Source: Lama guanicoe
Lineage: Eukaryota
Assembly: GCA_013239625.1 (NCBI GenBank)
Contig: MU054391.1
Location: 5,973,824 to 6,037,823 of the forward strand
Reading direction: 5' to 3'
DNA: 64,000 nucleotides
Within the stretch, counting starts at the first letter, position 1. Every line of letters starts with the position of its first letter. The position numbers and the translations under genes are program-made. Below the pieces are notes generated by a model. It saw nothing but the letters and a program-made list of their open reading frames with translations. It was not told the DNA's origin and did no database searches. Shown here piece after piece: positions 57,081-64,000 of the stretch.

Positions 57081-59339
57081 TCTCACTGAGTTAGTTCAGA
57101 GAAATCCTGGGGTGAATTCCAACAGAAAGTGAAGAAAGCTGTTCCACGATAAATACCCGCACTTCTTCCCCGATGCAAATTTCACAGCAAACGGAATGGG
57201 ATGAGCCCCTCATTTCAGGACTCATTTCCGGACTGCCTCTGACAGTTCCCACACAGACACTGCCCCGGGGGAACGGGGAAGGCTGTGGCTTGGAAAGCAT
57301 CCAGGCCCACGGCTGCTTTGAGGCTCCTTTGCTCAGAGGACCTGGGGGCGGGGGTAGAACTCTTATTGCTTAAACTGTGCTTAAAGCAACCAGGAGGCCA
57401 GCATGACAGAGGCGCCTCAGGGTAGGGCTTGAAACATGCAAATGAGACACAGGTCTGTTGTGGCGAGTTTGGGGCTTTGTTTTTGTTTTTGGTGACTTTC
57501 CATCAATCAGTTTACTTTCTCTAGAATGCAATTTGAAAATGCTTTTATAGAAAACACTTAAATTATTTAAATGCCTGCAAGGAAAAGAGTGTGTTATCTC
57601 CACTCTGAAACACTGCGGCCCTTAACTCTTTAGTTCCCGGAGAAATAGTTGTTTCCCTGACGTGTCTTTCAATCGGGAGATTTCCTGGTCACACACCTGT
57701 CTGCAGCCCTGTGTCACTGCAGAGCAGACTGGGATGGTCACCCTGCTGGGCTGCTAGGGAAATTCACGGTTTCATTTAGTGCGTTTCGAGTGTGGCTCTG
57801 TGCTGTCTCTCATTCTATCTGCTTCATTCGAAGAAGTGAAGCCTTTCATCTAATTTTGTCACCAATACTAAATGGCCTTTCTATATTTTGACACACTGAA
57901 TCACCGTGTCCGAATGTGTTCCATTATTCATGACAGCTCGTGTTCGGGTGTGATGAATCACGGCGGTTTTTTGAGCCCCTGCCTCCCAGAGAGGGGCCTT
58001 CCTTCCTCTCCTGCTCATCCGTCTTTGAAGTTGGACCCCTGGGTGTGGGGTTGCGCTGGCAGGTGGCACTGCTCACCGGGAACCCTGTGAGGAGTGGAAA
58101 CGCAGATGAAAGGGAAATAGTGGAATCTCCCAGGTCTGCGAGCAGACAAACAGCCAAATGACAACACGATTCTGCAGGAAAACAGAGCATCCCTCTGCTC
58201 GAGTCTCCATGGCAGCCAGGACCAAGAGTAAATAAACATGCTCTGCTTTGAGCCCCGTGACTCCGGGAGATGAACGTGCCAGAGAACAGAGCCCAGCTGC
58301 AGCCACACATGTGGCCTGTGCCCACCCAGTTCCACCCTGGGGCCCAGAGCCGTGAGGAATGATCTTCACACAACTCAATGCCAGTCCCCTCAACCTCCAT
58401 CCCCGCTGTTCTGGGACAGCTTCCTCGGGGGTTGCAGACTCCTTACACTTCTGCAGCCTCCGTCTGGCGACCTAGCGTGTCCAGGACGCAGGGTGAAAGT
58501 CAGCAGTCTCCAGGCCTCTCTGAGCCTCGGCTGGACACTGACTGGGCTTGAGGAATGGTCATCAGATGTCTGGGCAGCCCGTGAAATGCCCTCACCATCT
58601 TGCCCTCTTTTAATTTGGTAACTGTCTGCTCTGCTTTTACTTCCTTCCAAGTCCTCCCTCAGGAAGCCCCTGGGAGCTCTGGACTGGGGCCAGGCCCTCC
58701 ATTCCTTCTGTTCCCCATGTCCCATCAGACCCTGAATTATCTTGTACTGTCACCATCAGTCTGGGTCTGCCTCCCCTGTAAGACTGGGAGCTCACAAGCA
58801 GGGGCCGTATCTTATTCACTTTGACATGCCCTGTGTCTCAGAGTCTAACAAGTCAGCCCCGTGTCTTCTGAGCCTGAAGGCAGGCATCTATGTCAGCGTG
58901 ACCCTTCTAGAGCAGGCTTCCACTTCTGGGAGTGCCTGGCCCGCAAGGCCTTCCACCCCCGGCCAGAGCAAAGGGACAGAAACCAGTAGGGCAGGAGAAG
59001 GCCATCCTGATGGCAAGGGTGGCTCTGTCTAGCCAGGAGCTGGGTGCCCCTGCTGCGCTGGCCCCTCTGTGCAGGACCCTGGCCCTGCCTGCTCGCCCCA
59101 GGCAAGCCCTCCTCCAGCAACGCTTCTCCCAGGACCTTGGCCTTGTAGCAACTTGCAAGATGTCATGCAGGGGAGTGGGAGCATTGGGCACAGCCTTGGA
59201 CACCCACCTGGACATCACCCTGGATGCTCCTGTTTAGGACTGAGCCTTGCTAAGCACCGACCCCTTTTCTGAAAGTGTATTGGAGGCTGGGGCATCTCCC
59301 AAAAGGACCCACTGTTCATGATCCCGCAGGAGCGCTTCA

Positions 59340-59520
59340 TGGTTACCATTTGCCTGGGGCTTCATATACATCATCTCATATAAGCCTTGCAAAAATGCAG
59401 TGAAATGGGTGCTGTGTTCCTGTTTCCAGAGGAGGAAATTGAAGTGCAGATAAGTTCAGGACCCAGCATTCCAGAGGTAGTGAGTGTCAGAACTGGGGTT
59501 CAAACCCACATCCATCTGAG
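59340..59520 (-). mobile_element. MIR
   Basis: CATCATCTCATATAAGCC...TTCCAGAGGAGGAAATTGAAGTGCAGA...GGGGTTCAAACCCA. Confidence 0.6.
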
Positions 59521-59596
59521 GCACATGTCAGGCCTCAGTAGAAGCTTTTTGAGGACTGTCTCTCTGAAGAGACCTTACAAGGCCCTAGGAGAGAGG

Positions 59597-60178
59597 TGAG
59601 ACAGGAGAGAGGGGGCAGGGCACAACCATCAAAGGAATGATGCAGCAAATGAAGACAGGACAAAAACTGATTAAAACCTGACTAGGCCCAAGATGGCAGG
59701 AGAGTCAACTCCCAGTGGACCCTGAGGTCCAAGATGGCAGATTTGCCCTCCAGTAGACCTTGAGTTTCATTATATGCCCACTGTAGTACAGTAGCATGGT
59801 AAATGGCACACCCACAGGGGCAATGACAGTTCCCAGGCTGACCGCAAGAGGCCAAAAAGTAGGTGGGGCCCCTATTCCTGGGAATCCCCGCGCCTTTCCC
59901 GAAGTAGTTGGAATAGTCCTCCCACTTGTTAGCATAGGAAATAACCAGGCCCATAAAAGTTAACAACCCCTGGCCACTCTCCCTTCTGAGTGCAACACCC
60001 ACACTCTGGTCTGTGGAGCGTGCATTTCTCTGAATAAGGCTACCTTCACTCTATTACGACTGACTCTTGAACTCTTTCCTGCATGCAGCCAAGGACGCTC
60101 ACTGGATGGGGCTCATCCCAGGGACTCACCTGGGACCCGGGACGTGGCCATCCTCTCGTGCCCCATTATCCTGCAGCA
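59597..60178 (+). mobile_element. MER41-like ERV1 solo LTR, copy 3 (582 bp), inserted into a MIR
   Basis: TGAGACAGGA...TGCAGCA with perfect 4-bp TSD GAGG. MIR sequence resumes at 60183 (TTCTCAGGTGAGGAAGCTGAAG...CAAGGTCACACAGCTAGGAAG). Confidence 0.85.
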
Positions 60179-60860
60179 GAGGCACTCTTATTGTCTCTAT
60201 TTCTCAGGTGAGGAAGCTGAAGATCTGAGAGGTCAAGTGACGCATGCAAGGTCACACAGCTAGGAAGGGGCAGGGATAGGACTCAGTCCGTCTGGCTGGA
60301 ACTCTGGCCACACTCCCTGCAGCCTCCCACTAGCCGAGCGGCCCACACCCTCTGGGTGACAGCCTTTAGGGAGCCTTGCCTCTGGCCATTGCACCGACAT
60401 GGCGCCCCAGGATGAGCTTCATTTTCCTTCAGAGGGAACCCCGGTGCCCCCACCTCCCCTGAAGGAGCCAGCCCCCTCCTTGGTGAGTCTCAGCCCGGCC
60501 TCCCACTGCCCCCCTGGCTGAGGCCAGGCAGTGTCAGGCACGGGCTTCACTGGAGGGTGATTAGGCCTCTGAGCCATTTGTGCTGATTTTCTTATTAAGC
60601 CATTGCTAGCAGCAGGGTGAGGCGGCCCGGCTTGGGATAATTACTGGTTTCGCAGATGAGCAGAGTGCGAAGGAGAGTCGGCTGTGGGCAAACACTGTGG
60701 CAATTTGAAGAGCAAATTGTGGCTTGTACGAGGCAGGAGAATGCCAGGCTACTCCTCCAGAAACGCTGGGGAAGGAAGCCAGGGTCTGGAGTCTGAGGCT
60801 GGGGCTGGTGGGGATGAGGCGGTGGCGGCAGAGTTGAACTTAGCATGGGCTGACCCTCAC

Positions 60861-61337
60861 TGCCACAGCGAATGAAAAATACTGCCTGCCACACCAGTAA
60901 ACAAAGGATGTTGCAGCCAGCAAGCCATCACACTGCAGCAGCACCCCCTCTCAAGCCCTCGGTCTCTGCAGCCACCCCCAGCGGGCCCCCTGAGGGGACT
61001 CAGGATGGGAGAGAACAGGGTAGCGGCCCTGGATGCCAAGGTACGCATCACAGGAATGATCTCAAGAGCCCAGACTTCTGCATCTTCCTATGCATAGAAG
61101 AGCACTCAACTTCTTTAACTTGAGATGTCTGGTTTTCTTTCATTAACAGTAATCTTATGTCCCGACCACATGGTCTTTGTAGCAAGCACTGCTATATGCC
61201 TGGCTCCTCCCCTATCTCTTCGGAGCGGTCCCTTAGAGAGGTTTGAGAGGCTGTCTCCCAGGCTTAAAGTCCTCAGAGAGTCCTCTGAATAAAAAGTAAC
61301 TCTCAACTTCTAAGTTGCCATTTTTTGTCAGTCGACA
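60861..61337 (+). mobile_element. ERV1-type solo LTR (family not identified)
   Basis: TGCCACAGCGAATGAAAAATACTGCCTGCC...TCAGTCGACA; TATA-like CTATAT near 61192; AATAAA near 61288. The TSD is poorly preserved. Confidence 0.7.
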
Positions 61338-61434
61338 CCAGAGACTTCCAAGCCCATGGCAGGCCACTGAGGGGTGTAGAAGGGTCTTGCCCTTCGGGTT
61401 TTGATCCAGCAGGAGACAGGCATGTAAGCAGATC

Positions 61435-62160
61435 CTTAACACACAGTGAAATACCACTTCATACCCTCGAGAATGGCTGTCATCAAGAAAGGTAAAATAA
61501 TAAATGTCGGCCAGTCTCCAGTTGGAGAAACTGGAACCCTTGTGCTGGTGGGAATGTAACCTGGGGCAGCTGCTGTGGAAAGCAGGATGGTGGGTCCTCA
61601 AAAAGTCAGAGTTAACACAAGGTCCAGCAATTCCATTTCTGAGTACATACCCCAAGGAATTGAAAGCAGAAACTGGAATGGATATTTCATAGCAGCATCA
61701 TTGACAGTAGTCAAAGGGCAGACACAATCCCCGTGTCCATCGTGGATGAATGGATAAATAATGTGGCCTAGACATGGAATATTATTCAGCCATAAAAAGG
61801 AGGAAAATTCTGATGCATGCTACAACATGGACAGACCTTGAGGACACTATGGTAAGTAAAATAAACCAGACACAAAAAGACAAATACTGTATGATTCTAC
61901 TTCTGTGAGGCACCTGGAGCAGTCAAGTTCATAGAGACAAGAATAGATGGTGATTGACTGCCAAGGGCTGGAGTGAGGGGGCGGATGGGCCGTTGTTGTT
62001 TAATGCACAGCTTCCATTTGGGACAATAAGGTTCTGGAATTAGATGACGCTGATGGTACAACAGTGTGAATGTGCTTAATGCCATTGAAATATGCACTTC
62101 AAAATGATTCAAATGGTCAGTTTTATGTTAGCTCTATTTTACCACGATAAAAACAAAATA
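61435..62160 (+). mobile_element. L1 (L1MA/MB-like) ORF2 end and 3' UTR
   Basis: ATACCACTTCATACCC, GGAGAAACTGGAACCCTTGTGCTGGTGGGAATGTAA, GGAATATTATTCAGCCATAAAAAGG and GTTTTATGTTAGCTCTATTTTACCAC. Confidence 0.85.
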
Positions 62161-64000
62161 CAGTGACGCTTAGGTGGGGCTCTGGAAGCACAGACCCTGC
62201 CATGGAAACGCAGCAGCTGAGCAGCAGCCCATCTCGCGCGAAGGCACAGGGGAGTGGGGGCGGGGACCGCGGTTCTAGTGACAAATATTCACAGTGAGGA
62301 CAGGCTGATTCATTAATAATCCCGCAGGCGCTGACTGCTCCTGATCATGCATCTGCGGCCTACTATGCTCCAGGCCGAGGAGGATGGCGGCCCTGCCTGC
62401 CTCTGGGGACACAATTGGGCTCCCTGTGGGGGGGTTTTCCTTTCCCATGAGGCCCCCATCCATGGCGCAAGTAATCTCGGGTTTGGCTGAGAAGAATGCA
62501 CTCAATCAGCCGGCGTCTGTCATTTCCAGTAATGACTGTGCTCTGCTCTCGCTGTGAGGTGCCCTGAAGCATTTATTTTCTGGAACTGCCGAGCAGCTGC
62601 CGGCCAGCTGTGCAAATCCCAGTGGTCCCAGGGGTTGTGGTCCGGGCCTGTTTCTCCTGCAGGAATTTAGCCACCAGAACGGGGAGCATCGGGGCCTGTC
62701 TCCCAAGACCCCTGCTCAGCCTGTCAGGTCAGAGGCTGGCTGTCACCTCCGGCCTCCCTCTAAGGACGGGCCATTAATCAGGATAATGACAATAAAGATG
62801 GCGATGGGCCCTTTGAGGGGCACAGCCTTTTACAGTTTATGCTGCACGTTCCTGATTGATATCTCATTTCATCTCTACAGTCACGCTGGGGGAAGGGTTG
62901 TCCTTTTTTTCCAGGGGAGGCTCAGTGAGGGTCAAAAAATCCGTCACCCAATGGATCACCAATACAAATGACACCCCAACCCAGTGTGACTGATTCCAGG
63001 ACAGAGCCCATCCCACTCACCACAATGGGGTTTAAGGATTTTGCAGCTCGAAGACACGCTTTTGGTCCTCCATAAAACGGTGTGATGCACAGGCATGATG
63101 AGGGGGACTAGCGACATGGTGGACGGGACGGAGGCGCAGACTGGGAAGGGCCCTGAGCTCAGGGGAAGGCTGGGGTTGGCATGGGTGACTCACTCCACCT
63201 CTGCCTCAGGACGAATTTGGGAGCCGTGAGTCATCCTCACTCAGGGACGTGGGGCTGGGGCCCGGGTTAAACCGTGGTGGGTCAACGCACATGTGCTATA
63301 AAGGGGTGAAAACGAGTGACTCCTTCTGAGATACAATCAAGCTAGTTTCCAGTGGAAGCTCTGTCAGCAGATACAACAGAGGGGGGCCGAGCGGCGTCAG
63401 CCCGGCCTGCCCTGTCCTCCAGCGCTGGGGTCGGCAGGGCTGATGGCCCTGTTTGCGCAGACCAGGGCGACCTGGAGTGGTTTTGCAAATTCCCTTGGCT
63501 TCCAGGAGTGGGGTTGAATATGTATGATTAAGCCACTGCATTTGACTCATGCCTGAGACAGATCCAAGGGTTGGGGTAAATAGAGCCGGGAGAGTTGCTA
63601 GAACCTCCCTAGCTTGACCATATGGTGACCCCCTCCCTCATTTGGGGACTGGTCCCTCCTCCACTCCCAGTCCTTACGTTCTTCTCAGAGTGGACTCCAC
63701 GCCCCCTCACTGTGAGGTGTCCCAGAGGTAGGCGTGGAATGAAGTCTGACCTACCACAGCCCCCATTCCCTGCGTCAGGATGGCAGGGGCCCAAGGCCGA
63801 GAGCCACCCCCTGGGCGGGGACAGCAGGGCCTGTGGGGCCAGGACCTGTCTCTCCCCTGGGGTTGTTGAGGTGGTGAGGGAAGGGCTGGTGGTGCCGGTG
63901 GGTACCTTTGCCTTCACAGAGAATGGAAGCAACAGCCAGGAGAGCAGGTGACAGAGACCGACCTAAGGACACCCCTCACTTGCGCCGCCATCCAACGGTG

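Noticed and set aside
52078..60178. MER41-like copies 2 and 3 (about 7 kb apart) as the two LTRs of one provirus
   Set aside because: Each copy has its own TSD, their structures differ, and the DNA between them is L2, LTR33, MLT1C, L1 and unique sequence with no visible primer-binding site or gag/pol/env.

Overview
Mammalian genomic DNA, most likely a camelid (inferred from eight copies of a tRNA-Ala-derived, Vic-1-type SINE). Positions 194-1929 hold the last five coding exons of RRM2 (ribonucleotide reductase small subunit M2, + strand). Its 3' UTR runs to overlapping AATAAA signals near 3640-3653. The remaining ~60 kb looks intergenic: I found no other credible protein-coding gene, and the ORF track there is GC-rich noise or L1 ORF2 remnants. 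That region is a patchwork of L1, L2, MIR, MaLR/ERVL and ERV1 LTRs, hAT DNA transposons, microsatellites and one 147-nt assembly gap, plus several candidate enhancer islands. I do not see a new gene system. The best leads are: (i) three independently inserted MER41-like solo LTRs, each carrying a pair of STAT-type motifs 20 bp apart; (ii) a head-to-head ERV1 LTR pair inside a four-LTR cluster; (iii) a nested insertion stack of four element classes, containing a young L1 and a SINE with an apparent 3' transduction; (iv) a compact PUM/miR-17/variant-polyA module in the RRM2 3' UTR. Repeat family names come from recognising consensus sequences from memory, not from a database search, and boundaries of old repeats are approximate.
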